Shown here piece after piece: positions 44,039 through 54,524 of a stretch of DNA of 64,000 nt. The notes below the pieces were generated by a model. It was not told the DNA's origin, searched no databases, and saw nothing but the letters and a program-made list of their open reading frames with translations. The number at the start of each line of letters is the position of its first letter. Positions within the stretch are counted from its first letter, which is position 1. The DNA is taken from NCBI GenBank assembly GCA_016180965.1, contig JACPAF010000001.1:109860-173859 (forward strand). The letters are read 5' to 3'. A program made the position numbers and the translations under genes. The DNA is from Candidatus Aenigmatarchaeota archaeon. Lineage in GTDB: Archaea; Aenigmatarchaeota; Aenigmatarchaeia; JACPZZ01.

Positions 44039-44542
44039 ATGCCAGAGTTGCGCGACAAAGAAAAGCAGGTTCTATTCGAGCTGTTGAAGGACGGGCGGAA
44101 ACCGGACAAACACATAGCCCAACTTTTGAAATTAACACAGCCTACCGTGACGAGAATACGCCAGAGGCTGGAACGGGATAAGGTTATCCGCGGTTACCGG
44201 GCCGTTGTGGATGAGGCGGCAGCCGGCTTTTCGATATCCGTGATTACATTTTTTGACTGGCGCGATTATTCCGATAAAGGGCATGTCGAGGAAGCCTCGA
44301 ATTACATAACAAAAATCCCCGAGGTCGTATACTTTGCACGCGGAGAAGGGCTGCGCGGAAAGACTTACGTGATGGTATCATTCCATAAAACGTTTGCGGA
44401 TTACGAGAGCTTTACAAGAAAACTGCGCGAGCGGTACGGAAAACAAATGGCTTACGTCGAGGAATTTATTTCTTCGATGGACTCGATACATAAAAAAGAT
44501 TCCACGCAGGCGGTCATACAGGCGATGTCTGATGTCAACTAA
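44039..44542 (+). CDS. Lrp/AsnC-family transcriptional regulator
   Basis: The N-terminal HTH (KEKQVLFELLKDGRKPDKHIAQLLKLTQPTVTRIRQRLERDKVIRGY) is followed by a RAM-like domain. Confidence 0.8.
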   Translation: MPELRDKEKQVLFELLKDGRKPDKHIAQLLKLTQPTVTRIRQRLERDKVIRGYRAVVDEAAAGFSISVITFFDWRDYSDKGHVEEASNYITKIPEVVYFARGEGLRGKTYVMVSFHKTFADYESFTRKLRERYGKQMAYVEEFISSMDSIHKKDSTQAVIQAMSDVN

Positions 44543-44724
44543 CCCCGTGAAAGTCGAGGCCGGCGAAATTTTTCGGTTCGCAGGAAATTATACAAAAGAA
44601 GGCTAACGTTTTCAAATTGATATTGGATAACGAGACGACAGGTGAAGTTTTTGTTTCTGAGTTTCCCACCAAACCCATGAAAGAATTAATTTCGATCGAT
44701 AAACTTTTTCATCATAAAAAATAA

Positions 44725-46476
44725 CTACTTTTTGCCAGACAAAACAATTTCAACAATCTGGCTGTAGGCAGGCCGCGTTACTAGCACTCCTATCAGAACT
44801 CCTACGATGCTTGTTATCGCGAAACCTTTTACCAGGCCGACACCTATGAAAAGCAAAGCGAACATCGCGGATATTACGGTTATCGCAGATGCGAACACCA
44901 TTGAAAACGCTTTTTTTATCTTTTCCCACGGCGAGATCGGTATTAAACGGTTCCTGTCAACTTCGTCGGAAATTATTATCATCTGGCTTATTCCCGTTCC
45001 AATGAATGCGATAATGCCAGCGATTACAGCGAGGTCTATGGTCCACGAAAAGAATACAGCCATGAAAGGGACCAATAAAACACCGAACACATCCATGAAA
45101 TCCACATGGTTCTTTTTCTGGTAGGCCAACCCGATTAAAATAATGTTTATCCCTAACGCAACCATCCACGGCAAATCGTTTCCGTGTGCGGACACTCCCA
45201 ATAAGATGATTACTTCGCCCACGCTGGTCAACACCATTGGAAGCGCGATCCTGAAACTTCTATATCTTACTAAAACAACGAGCGTTACAGCAATGATTGC
45301 AAACGCGGCGGATTTTATCGCCGAGTCTATGAAACCGCTGCCCAATTTTGGAGAAACACTTTCTATGTTTACAATTTCAAGGCTGACCGGCAGCGCGCCC
45401 GCTTTCAGTATTGATTGCAATGTCGACCTTTCGGAAACCGCGTCTTTTCGTTCTTGGCGGAAACCTTCAATCGAAATTTCAGTTAACACACGTCCGGCCA
45501 GGTCGGATGCTATGCTTAATTGTGTTACAGGCTTGTTGTCGAGATAAAGAATTATCGGATATTTCAGATAGTTTCCGCTGGCCGGGTCTATGGTCATGCC
45601 GGATGTCACTTTTGCAAACCTTTCCGCGCCATCCCGCGACAATAAAATTGAAAACGCGAACCTGTAACCGGTTCCGGTGTTTTGCAGCACGGATCGGGTG
45701 GAATCTGTGAATACGTTTTCTATATCATTTCCTTTGAGTATTGAGGAGTAAAGAAATACGGAGCTGTCGGTATAATTTACAATTTCCTGATCGATATCAT
45801 CTACGGAAACTATATCTCCTTGTTTGTGCGGTATTGAATCTATTTTTAATTCCGCGCCAGTTTTTTCGATTTCATGTGTCGTCCCGCCCAGCGATAACGA
45901 TCCTTTGCCCGATACAAGTGAGATTTCGTTCGGTATTTTTGCCTCAAAATTGCCGCGCGACGCAAGAAGGCGCTCAATCACATCCTTGCTTTCTCCGGCT
46001 ATCTCGACCACGACAAAACAATTTTCTATGTCACATTCCGAATGCAAAACTATTTCCTGCAATCCGTACGCGTTTATCCTGCTTTGCAAAACCGGTATGA
46101 TGGCTGTGTTTACGGTTTCGGGCGAAACTTTTTCCGCGGGCTTTAACAAGACTCGGGTTCCGCCCTGCAAATCTATGCCGAGATCAAGGTTGTTTCGTTT
46201 CAATTCCTTTACGGTTATGTTTTTCAACAAATCCGAGCTTAATTCGTACGAATTGCCGTTGAATGTTATGAAATGAGAGCCACTTACTTTTATCGAATCG
46301 TACCATGAGTTAACAGATTTGATCGGAAGCCCGTCGACTTCGGTTACTACACCTCCGGTTGTTAGGGTCCCAGCGCCGCTTGAGACTGTGACACCGTTTC
46401 CGAAATTGTATCCTATCGAAACTAATGCAGCTAAAACATAAACCGCCAACACGACGACTTTGTACGCCTTAAGCAT
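44725..46476 (-). CDS. secD: Protein-export membrane protein SecD
   Basis: LDLGIDLQGGTRV motif, a large extracytoplasmic domain, and a C-terminal 6-TM bundle. Confidence 0.85.
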   Translation of the reverse strand: MLKAYKVVVLAVYVLAALVSIGYNFGNGVTVSSGAGTLTTGGVVTEVDGLPIKSVNSWYDSIKVSGSHFITFNGNSYELSSDLLKNITVKELKRNNLDLGIDLQGGTRVLLKPAEKVSPETVNTAIIPVLQSRINAYGLQEIVLHSECDIENCFVVVEIAGESKDVIERLLASRGNFEAKIPNEISLVSGKGSLSLGGTTHEIEKTGAELKIDSIPHKQGDIVSVDDIDQEIVNYTDSSVFLYSSILKGNDIENVFTDSTRSVLQNTGTGYRFAFSILLSRDGAERFAKVTSGMTIDPASGNYLKYPIILYLDNKPVTQLSIASDLAGRVLTEISIEGFRQERKDAVSERSTLQSILKAGALPVSLEIVNIESVSPKLGSGFIDSAIKSAAFAIIAVTLVVLVRYRSFRIALPMVLTSVGEVIILLGVSAHGNDLPWMVALGINIILIGLAYQKKNHVDFMDVFGVLLVPFMAVFFSWTIDLAVIAGIIAFIGTGISQMIIISDEVDRNRLIPISPWEKIKKAFSMVFASAITVISAMFALLFIGVGLVKGFAITSIVGVLIGVLVTRPAYSQIVEIVLSGKK

Positions 46477-47314
46477 GCAGGTGCCACCTCAATATCGCGG
46501 AGTTCTGGAGCCACGTGTTTGGTATGTCGAAAAACAACCCGATGATAAGAACCGTCGCGATTTGCGTCAACACTGACGCGGGAGAGAAAAATATTATTGC
46601 AAGAAGTGCGGCGATGGAAGTTGCGCTCATTGTGAGACCGGTCAGCATGGAACTTTTTACGTTTTTATCAAAATCTTCCATCCCAAATTCTTTTTTCAGC
46701 AGACGAGTTGTAAGTACGACGTTTACGTCGACCGAGTAACCGATCATCATAAGCAGCGCAGCTATGCCTCCTAACGACATTTCGATTCCCAGTATGTTCA
46801 TTACAGCTATCGTTTCGATCATGTTTGATGCTGCACTCAATATTATGGCCATTGACGGCACCAGTGATTTGTATATCATGTAAATGCTGATTCCCATGAA
46901 AATAAAACCGAGGAGTATTGATAATTGCGCCTGCTTCCAGAATGATGAGCCGAGGGCCGGGCCTATAGACTGTACGGAAGGCGAGCCGTCAATAACTATG
47001 CCGTTGTTTTCAAAATAAGACATTATTGCGGTTGCGTTTAATTCCTGATTTCCTGAAATTGATATGTGCCCGCCGTCAGCACTCCGGAAAATCCGCGTGT
47101 TAACTTGGTAATCGGCTGCGATTTTTTCCTCGGCCGCGGCCGTGATATCGCCGGCAAATTTAAATGTTATTTCCGTGCCTCCGCTCAAATCCACGGCTTT
47201 GCCTACCCAGTCGCCGTTTTTGGTCCAGGATTGAGCTACGATTATCAGGGATGCTACGAGCAATATTTGGGTGAATATTAATCCGTATTTATATTTTGTT
47301 TTGTTAACGAACAT
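46469..47314 (-). CDS. secF: Protein-export membrane protein SecF
   Basis: 281 aa. AVDLSGGTEI, a 6-TM SecD/F core (GYSVDVNVV), and an 8-nt overlap with secD. Confidence 0.85.
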   Translation of the reverse strand: MFVNKTKYKYGLIFTQILLVASLIIVAQSWTKNGDWVGKAVDLSGGTEITFKFAGDITAAAEEKIAADYQVNTRIFRSADGGHISISGNQELNATAIMSYFENNGIVIDGSPSVQSIGPALGSSFWKQAQLSILLGFIFMGISIYMIYKSLVPSMAIILSAASNMIETIAVMNILGIEMSLGGIAALLMMIGYSVDVNVVLTTRLLKKEFGMEDFDKNVKSSMLTGLTMSATSIAALLAIIFFSPASVLTQIATVLIIGLFFDIPNTWLQNSAILRWHLHA

Positions 47315-47334
47315 ATTACCAGATTATCAGATGT

Positions 47335-48450
47335 TTGCATAAAGTGATAAATGTGACTGAATACGACTTAGTCGTCATCGGCGCCGGTTCAGCGGGCTTA
47401 AACACTGCGATACAATGCTCCCAATCCGGTTTAAACGTGGCCGTTATAGAAGAGCATAAAAAAATCGGGTTTCCGAGACACTGTTCCGGGCTGTATTCAA
47501 CCAGATTTCTGACTATGATGGACGTGGGCGACAATTTCTATGAACACGAAGTTTCCGGCGCCAAGTTCCATTCACCTTCCGGTAGAACCATAGACCTGAT
47601 GCGCAAAGAGCGTGTCGCCTTTGTTATTAACCGCGAATTATTGGATGCCCATCTGGGAAATGTTGCGAAAGAGAACGGAGTTGAAATATTCCCGGATACG
47701 AAGGTATTGGACTTCACCTCTGACGAAAATTCCGCAAGCGTGGCCACACAAAATAAAATTTTTAACACAAAACTTATCTGCGGCGCGGACGGGTCAAATT
47801 CGTTCGTCGCGAAAAAACTCGGCTTCGCGGCGCCAAAAAAACTTAACGGCATAATGGCCATTACAAACGAACAAGACAATTCTAACTGTGTGGACCTGTT
47901 TTTCGACAACAAGTTATACCCCGGCTTTTTCGCATGGAAGATCCCGCGCGGGAAAACGACTGAATACGGCATAGCGGGCGACATAGGACCGGCAAACGTA
48001 AACAATTTCAACAATTTCCTGTCCAAGTTCGGCGTTGACAAGTACGAGCTGTCCAGCGGCGTGATCCCCTACGGATTCCAGAAAAGCTATTCAAATAGAA
48101 TTTTGCTCGTTGGTGATGCAGCTTCACAGGTTAAACCGCTAACCGGAGGAGGAGTAATATACGGCATGATATGCTCTAGGATCGCGGCGCAAGTTTTCAC
48201 AGGTGCGGTTTCAAAAAATAAATTCGATGAAAAATCTTTGTCATCTTATGAGAAAATGTGGAGGAACGCGATCGGGCGCGGTATAAAGCGCGGATTGGCG
48301 ATACGGAAATTCTATTCGGGCCTTTCCAACAAAAACATAGAGTTGGCCTTCAGACTGTTAAACAATAAAATAACTAAAAATATTTTTGAAAAATACGGGG
48401 ACATGGAATTTTTTTTGGAAAGAAGGCCCCACGATGCTGTGGTAAAATAA
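47335..48450 (+). CDS. Geranylgeranyl reductase family flavoprotein
   Basis: FAD fold YDLVVIGAGSAGLNTA, RHCSG, LVGDAASQVKPLTGGGV. Confidence 0.85.
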   Translation: MHKVINVTEYDLVVIGAGSAGLNTAIQCSQSGLNVAVIEEHKKIGFPRHCSGLYSTRFLTMMDVGDNFYEHEVSGAKFHSPSGRTIDLMRKERVAFVINRELLDAHLGNVAKENGVEIFPDTKVLDFTSDENSASVATQNKIFNTKLICGADGSNSFVAKKLGFAAPKKLNGIMAITNEQDNSNCVDLFFDNKLYPGFFAWKIPRGKTTEYGIAGDIGPANVNNFNNFLSKFGVDKYELSSGVIPYGFQKSYSNRILLVGDAASQVKPLTGGGVIYGMICSRIAAQVFTGAVSKNKFDEKSLSSYEKMWRNAIGRGIKRGLAIRKFYSGLSNKNIELAFRLLNNKITKNIFEKYGDMEFFLERRPHDAVVK

Positions 48451-48452
48451 TT

Positions 48453-50303
48453 TTACTGTCCTATCCTGTATACATTTACTTCGCCCCGCGAGAACGTCGG
48501 TTCCGACCCATAAAATAAAGCATTTTCGATGTTCCTATAATTTGCGACATAGTCCGTGAATTGCTGAGTTTTGGCGAACCCGCCGTAATCGAACATTATG
48601 TAACGTGTTTCGTAATTTATTGATCCGTTTGGATACGTGTGCGTGAACGTTAAATTAAGCGTGTCGTTGTTGACGTTCGGTTTTGTGTAAACACGCGTTT
48701 TTGTCAAAGCTTCCAACAAACCGCGCCTCTCGTCGGCAGCTTGCACGTTTGCGCTGAAGACCAACATTGCGGAATTTTCTTTCGCGTCATTGCGTATTTC
48801 GTTGGACAATGAAAATACATCCGCCGACATACGGTATGGCTGCGAATAAATTGAGTTCGCTGTTGCGATCTTATCGGGCACGTTAACCAACAAGACTAAA
48901 ATCAATATTATATAACCCAGCGAAAACCCTTCGGTGTTGGATAAGAATATTTTATTGTCTTTGGTTGAAATTTTGTACATGCTTACCAAACCCGCGACCA
49001 GAGCGAGTATTATCGTGGATTGGGCCATCCACCTGCCCGCGTAATCGTACAGCACGCCAAAACCTAACGGCCCCCAGAGGATATACGAATGCGTCAGTAT
49101 GTAATCGGCTGCGAACCACGGCACCAATATTTTTTTGCCTTCGAACTTTGTGAAGACCGTGATTAACAAACCTCCCACAAGTGCGATTAACCAAATTGTT
49201 CCCATGGTTGCGTTGGGGTCGAAATACCAACCTGGCAGACCGGGCTGTTTCTCGATCATTTTGAACGGCCAGACCAAATCGGGTATACTTATCGAGTCTG
49301 GCGTGTTCGAAGGTTTGGCTCCGAAAAATGAGAACCACATTACGAATTTCGGAAGGAAGAGCGCCGAGACGGCTAAAACCAAGACCGTTGTCAAGGCGAA
49401 TTCCTTTACGTGGGAAATTTTTTTGGATTTGGAAAATTCGTAAAGTGATATGAATAATGAGGCGATTATGAAATAACCGGCCGCTAGCGGCGACACCAGG
49501 AACGATAAACCACCGACAATACCGGATAATATCATGCTGTGTTTGCGTGAACCGGTTTCTATTATGTAGGTGAATAAAGCGAACAGGGCGAGCATTATTC
49601 CCAACTCATACGCGACCTGGCCGAAATACAGGGAAAAAATGTTTTTGCCCGATATTCCGAATAATGCGCCCGCGACTAGGCCGACGCGCTTGTTTTTCAA
49701 TATTTTGCCGGCAAACATATAGATTATCAGAATCGTGAGCGAGTCGAACAGGGCGGAGAAAATGTGAATTGTGAATGGCCACGACAGATTGAAAACCGAT
49801 TTCATCACAGCCGACATTATTGCGTTGCCCGGGGGATATACCCAAACGCCGTTGACATTGTCCTGCGAGGTCCCGTACCAGTTTAGATATTTCGGGAATT
49901 CTTCAGGTACAGACCCGCGTTCATACGTTTCCATGCCCATCGCGTAATGTTGGATGACATCATAGCTTCCGAACGGCATCGGGTCCGATATTATGGGGGC
50001 TGCCCGTATGAAAAATGAAACCAGAAAAATCAGAATAACCAGCGCATCGTCTTTGTCCATTTCTATCGCGCCAAACGTGAGTTTATACCTATAAAATACG
50101 GCTGCGAACAGCAACAAATTCACAATTGCCAGTTGTATGGGGCCGATTTGTCCAATTAGGCTGAGAATTACTCCGAAAGAAAGAAGAATCACGAATGATA
50201 ATACGACGGAGAAAAACACCCTTTCGTAGTTTGTTTTGTTTCCAACCACGCGCCCGGCCAGGATGAATGCGCTGGCAAGCGAAAACAGGCAGGCTATAAC
50301 CAT
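48453..50303 (-). CDS. Large polytopic membrane protein, probable GT-C-type glycosyltransferase
   Basis: More than 12 predicted TM helices plus a C-terminal soluble domain, within a glycan locus. No WWDYG motif. Confidence 0.5.
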   Translation of the reverse strand: MVIACLFSLASAFILAGRVVGNKTNYERVFFSVVLSFVILLSFGVILSLIGQIGPIQLAIVNLLLFAAVFYRYKLTFGAIEMDKDDALVILIFLVSFFIRAAPIISDPMPFGSYDVIQHYAMGMETYERGSVPEEFPKYLNWYGTSQDNVNGVWVYPPGNAIMSAVMKSVFNLSWPFTIHIFSALFDSLTILIIYMFAGKILKNKRVGLVAGALFGISGKNIFSLYFGQVAYELGIMLALFALFTYIIETGSRKHSMILSGIVGGLSFLVSPLAAGYFIIASLFISLYEFSKSKKISHVKEFALTTVLVLAVSALFLPKFVMWFSFFGAKPSNTPDSISIPDLVWPFKMIEKQPGLPGWYFDPNATMGTIWLIALVGGLLITVFTKFEGKKILVPWFAADYILTHSYILWGPLGFGVLYDYAGRWMAQSTIILALVAGLVSMYKISTKDNKIFLSNTEGFSLGYIILILVLLVNVPDKIATANSIYSQPYRMSADVFSLSNEIRNDAKENSAMLVFSANVQAADERRGLLEALTKTRVYTKPNVNNDTLNLTFTHTYPNGSINYETRYIMFDYGGFAKTQQFTDYVANYRNIENALFYGSEPTFSRGEVNVYRIGQ

Positions 50304-50345
50304 GTTTATTATTCAAAGCTGTGTAACATATAAATTGGTGTAAAT

Positions 50346-51074
50346 TTGATATCAATAATTGTTCCGGCGTACAACGAGGAAAACGGCATACGAAAGACAG
50401 TTGAAAGAGTAAAAAAAGTCAAATTTTTTGAGAAGTCCGAAATAATCGTGGTGGACGACGGGTCCCGGGATAACACACACAAAGAGGCGAAACGTGTACG
50501 CGGCATTAGAATATTGAAACATTCCGTCAACAAAGGAAAGGCGGCTGCACTTGAAACCGGGTTTGCTGCGGCTAAAGGCGATGTGTTAGCCACGATAGAC
50601 GCAGATTGCACATACCCGCCGGAAGCGCTGCCAAAAATGCTTTCGATGGTCAGGCGCGGAAACGCAGACTTGGTCTTGGGTTCCAGGTTTTATAACCGCA
50701 AACGCGGGCTAGGAGTTTTGGCGGGAACAGCCAAAAAAATCCTCGACGCGGCGCTCGGAAGAACCAATGAGGACCACACAAATTTTTACGGCAATGCAAT
50801 ATTTTCGTCATTAATCACGGTACTGACAAACAAACGCATAACAGACGGGTCGACCGGGCTCAGGGTTTTCCGGAAGAAAATACTGGATAAAGTAAAAATA
50901 AAATCGCGCGGCCTAGACTGGGAAGTTGAGATGACTACGCGTGCGGTCCACTGCGGTTTTGGTGTGGTCGAAATACCGATCGATTATTATCCGCGGGTCG
51001 GCAGCACAAAATTAAAAATTTTAAAGGACGGGGTCAGGTTCTTTGTCGGGATTGTGCGAGGGCGTTTTTTCTAG
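50346..51074 (+). CDS. GT2 glycosyltransferase (dolichyl-phosphate sugar synthase-like)
   Basis: IIVPAYNEE, VVDDGSRDNT, TIDADCTYP. Confidence 0.85.
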   Translation: MISIIVPAYNEENGIRKTVERVKKVKFFEKSEIIVVDDGSRDNTHKEAKRVRGIRILKHSVNKGKAAALETGFAAAKGDVLATIDADCTYPPEALPKMLSMVRRGNADLVLGSRFYNRKRGLGVLAGTAKKILDAALGRTNEDHTNFYGNAIFSSLITVLTNKRITDGSTGLRVFRKKILDKVKIKSRGLDWEVEMTTRAVHCGFGVVEIPIDYYPRVGSTKLKILKDGVRFFVGIVRGRFF

Positions 51075-53510
51075 TATTATCGAAGATAAAATCAACACAA
51101 AGCCGATGAAGGTAATCAGAGATGAAATTGTATAATACAGGGGTTTTTCAATTTTTAATTCCAGGTTACCTTCGGATTTGACCAACATGAAGCCAAGGTC
51201 GGTTTCATAAATCTTTAGTTTTTTGTTTCCATTGTACGCAGACCAAAGAGGATAATATGTTTCTTTTATCAAAGTCCATCCTGCCGTGTTGCTTACAATT
51301 ATTTCATTGCCGTTTCTTTGCCATGCCAGGGGCTTGAAATCCGAGGAAGCAATGTCTGCTATGTCGGCTGCGAGCGAATCGTCCCAAATCACATCCTTGT
51401 TTATGATTATCCTATACTCGTTTTGCGGTATGTCCGACAACCGTTTTGTGAAATGAATTTGGTAGCCATTTTCCGTGTCATGCAGGCTTTCCTTGATTTT
51501 TTGCGTGTCATTTAACACACCTACGGGCTCAACAGTTTCCGCGAATGAAGTTTGCGGAACTTCCAATAAAACCAGACACCCCTGGCTGTTTCCGTTTCTC
51601 CACACGAAAAGATAACGTTCGTCCTTCGTAAATGTTGAGTTAACGGCCCGTGCGCCTTCTGGGCTGCATAAATTAACCACGACCCACCTGACCCAGCTTT
51701 GTTTGAATATCGTGTAGACAAATTTGTTTGATATGTTGAAATTGAAGAGGCTCTGCCCGCTGATATCCTCCAATTTACCAGCAACATCTTTATAGTTCGG
51801 GGAACTTTGCGGTTGCCATCCTGATATAACCCCTTTGCCGGTTTGCAGCGGGATCGCGCCCACTATAGCCCCCTGAAAAATTCCGTACGTCATAACGCGC
51901 CCGTCGGGTATTGAGCGTAATGCTGCATACATGTCAGACAGCCCGCTTGTGTTCAATGGCGCGTCTTCTGTGTTCCATTCCGCGGCGCGGAAATTTACCA
52001 GGTCCATGTATTTCCACAGGAAAATCCCGGCCAGAACCAGGATTAAAATTGTACCTCCAACCAGGAAATCTTTTCCCTGCAGGCCGTTGACAAGTTCGAG
52101 GACTGCACCGCAGAGTATTGCGAGCGGAAGTATCAGATAAAATGTAAACCTCTCGGCGCCGAAAGAAGAACCGAACGGCAAATAGTTTGTTATGCCAATG
52201 AACGGCGCCAACGCCAGAACCAGGACACCAAGCAACATAGAAACGGCTATTATGGATCCTGTTCCGATTTTCGGGGAGATTGATATTTTTCCGCGCGACG
52301 CCGCAACCCCGCCCAGCCATATCAAAGCTCCGGCTATTGCCATTACCGTGAATTCCATGCCCATAGATTCGAAGCACCAATAATCGTTGCATGTTTTGTC
52401 GGGGCTAGTTGTCAAGACTAAAAATACGTCCGGATTAAACCCGATTGCGGACTTTTTTGAATATTCGCTGAATCCGATGTTGACGAAAAACGGAATTATC
52501 CAGAATGCGAGAACGAGCGCGGATGTAATTACGACGCGGAATAAATTTTTGAAATCAAACGCCCGTTTTTTGAGGGAGAATATCGAAAATGCAAGCAAGA
52601 ACAGTGTGGTCAGGAAATATCCGGTCAGGTGGTGTATGAGAAAAACCGTGCCAAGCAGCATGCCCGAGAGGACGTGAAGTTTTGTTTTTTTCTCCGAAAG
52701 CGCGCGTATGAATATATACATAGATATGGGGACCAACGAAAATGCCAATATTGTCGGGAATTGCCCGGAAAACATCGTGTTAGTGGCTAGTCGCGGCGAT
52801 GAAATTATTACCAGACCCGCGAGGAAACCGGACAGTTTGTTTAATCCGAGCTCCCTGGACAGGATAAACACGCCCACGGCAAGGAAGATATAAGATAAAA
52901 TCATTACGTAATCAAAAACCGCGTTTAGCGGTGAAGTTGTGAAATAGCTCAGCAATGCGGTGAAGTAGTACGACATGGGCGGATAAAAATCAAATAACGC
53001 GTAGCCGGCGTACCATCCGGAATCCCAGAGAGATATATGACCGGTTGTGTCCAGCCCTTCGCGAATCTGCCATACTTTGTAATAATGCGACGTGCCGTCC
53101 GTGCGAGGCATCAGACCGCTGTGGAGCGGAAGCGTCATAATCGCAGCGGCGAATATCAGAATAAATATGAGTACGGTTTCTGCGTCCAGTTTTGCATCCA
53201 AATTGATTTTTTTGCCGTGTAAAACAAACGCGAACAGAGAGCTGTATGCCAACGAAAGTGCGATCAGGATTGTGCCGTTCACGGGCACTGCAAAAATGTT
53301 TAACACCCAAGCCGGCACCAAAACAAGCAATATGGTGAGAGGCACGGATAACAATAAGCGGACGGTTTTCCTGCATTCCAGCAAAAAGTACGAAAATAGG
53401 AATCCAGGAAGAACGGCAAACACCATGCCTATTGAGTTCACGCCAAAAGACAGGGAGAACGCGAGCAAGGCCGCGGTGTAAATTATTGCAGAATTCACTT
53501 CAATTTTCAT
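51021..53510 (-). CDS. Large polytopic membrane protein (PTPS-related / GT-C-like)
   Basis: Start reassigned to MKIEVNS. Many TM helices. LWDSGWYAGYALFDFYPPMSYY resembles the motif of the membrane '6-pyruvoyl-tetrahydropterin synthase-related' family. There is a large C-terminal soluble domain. Confidence 0.55.
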   Translation of the reverse strand: MKIEVNSAIIYTAALLAFSLSFGVNSIGMVFAVLPGFLFSYFLLECRKTVRLLLSVPLTILLVLVPAWVLNIFAVPVNGTILIALSLAYSSLFAFVLHGKKINLDAKLDAETVLIFILIFAAAIMTLPLHSGLMPRTDGTSHYYKVWQIREGLDTTGHISLWDSGWYAGYALFDFYPPMSYYFTALLSYFTTSPLNAVFDYVMILSYIFLAVGVFILSRELGLNKLSGFLAGLVIISSPRLATNTMFSGQFPTILAFSLVPISMYIFIRALSEKKTKLHVLSGMLLGTVFLIHHLTGYFLTTLFLLAFSIFSLKKRAFDFKNLFRVVITSALVLAFWIIPFFVNIGFSEYSKKSAIGFNPDVFLVLTTSPDKTCNDYWCFESMGMEFTVMAIAGALIWLGGVAASRGKISISPKIGTGSIIAVSMLLGVLVLALAPFIGITNYLPFGSSFGAERFTFYLILPLAILCGAVLELVNGLQGKDFLVGGTILILVLAGIFLWKYMDLVNFRAAEWNTEDAPLNTSGLSDMYAALRSIPDGRVMTYGIFQGAIVGAIPLQTGKGVISGWQPQSSPNYKDVAGKLEDISGQSLFNFNISNKFVYTIFKQSWVRWVVVNLCSPEGARAVNSTFTKDERYLFVWRNGNSQGCLVLLEVPQTSFAETVEPVGVLNDTQKIKESLHDTENGYQIHFTKRLSDIPQNEYRIIINKDVIWDDSLAADIADIASSDFKPLAWQRNGNEIIVSNTAGWTLIKETYYPLWSAYNGNKKLKIYETDLGFMLVKSEGNLELKIEKPLYYTISSLITFIGFVLILSSIILEKTPSHNPDKEPDPVL

Positions 53511-53631
53511 GTTAACACTTAAGACGAATGGGGGTGCGATATTAATAAGACGATGTGGCATCAATTGATTTAAAAGACTTCCATGAATAGGTTTTAATAA
53601 TAAATTTGCAATAGATTTACAGGATGATTTG

Positions 53632-54501
53632 ATGGCCCACGAACTTCTTAGGGAAATATCCAACGAGGGCGAGATGAAAAAAAACCTCTTGCAGGTCGGC
53701 GAGCATCTTTACATAAAGCCAGGACAAGGTCTCAAGATGGAGGATCACAAAGCCGAGGCTAAAAAACTTCCGGTTGTTTTTGCCATGGGCGGGTCGGGCA
53801 GCAGGCTAGTTCACGTTACCAGAGACAGCTTCTCGAAACATATGATACCGATAAACTGGCAGCCGCTGAGCAAATACACTTTCGACCTTTGGAAGGACCT
53901 TGGTTTCAACGAGTTCAGATTTTTGATCGATAACACACACCGCGGGAATTCCATATCGGAATATTACGGCGACGGGTCTGCTTTCGGGACTAAAAATACC
54001 TATTCTGTGGAAACTAAAAAAGTCGGATCCGGAGGCGCAATAAAATTGGCTATTGATAACAATGTAATAGATAAAAATTTTATATGGCACCAGCCGGACG
54101 ATATGATTGTGAGTTATAAAAATTTTCCAGCCGATTTTGCGAATGTTTTCCTTTCGGCAGTGAGCCAGGGATTCAAAATTGTAGTATTGTGCACGCCCGG
54201 AACCCTATACCCCTACGGTGAAGTGACGGACACAAACGGAAAAGTGACGGAGTTCGTGGAAAAACCTTTCATATCGAAAGATTCTAGCGTCGGTATATGG
54301 GGCATGAGCTCTGACGTATTCAAAGAGGTCAAAGGTTTAGAGGGCGATAAAGAAGTGCGCATAGAAAGCACAGTTTTCAAAAAAACGGCCAGGGGGGGCG
54401 GCATGTGCAAGATTCTTATGCCCAATGATTACTGGATACCTGTGAATGACGACCCAAACCTCAAAAAATTCGAGGAAATAGTGAAAGCCCAGAAATTTTA
54501 A
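53632..54501 (+). CDS. Sugar-phosphate nucleotidyltransferase
   Basis: VVFAMGGSGSRL (the GxGxR signature), GSGGAIKLA, and EKP near the C-terminal half. Confidence 0.75.
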   Translation: MAHELLREISNEGEMKKNLLQVGEHLYIKPGQGLKMEDHKAEAKKLPVVFAMGGSGSRLVHVTRDSFSKHMIPINWQPLSKYTFDLWKDLGFNEFRFLIDNTHRGNSISEYYGDGSAFGTKNTYSVETKKVGSGGAIKLAIDNNVIDKNFIWHQPDDMIVSYKNFPADFANVFLSAVSQGFKIVVLCTPGTLYPYGEVTDTNGKVTEFVEKPFISKDSSVGIWGMSSDVFKEVKGLEGDKEVRIESTVFKKTARGGGMCKILMPNDYWIPVNDDPNLKKFEEIVKAQKF

Positions 54502-54524
54502 CGAAGATAAAGAGAGATCTTGGA

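Noticed and set aside
48453-53510. Either large membrane protein as the oligosaccharyltransferase AglB
   Set aside because: No WWDYG-type motif or recognisable AglB C-terminal pattern is present. They are annotated only as GT-C-like.
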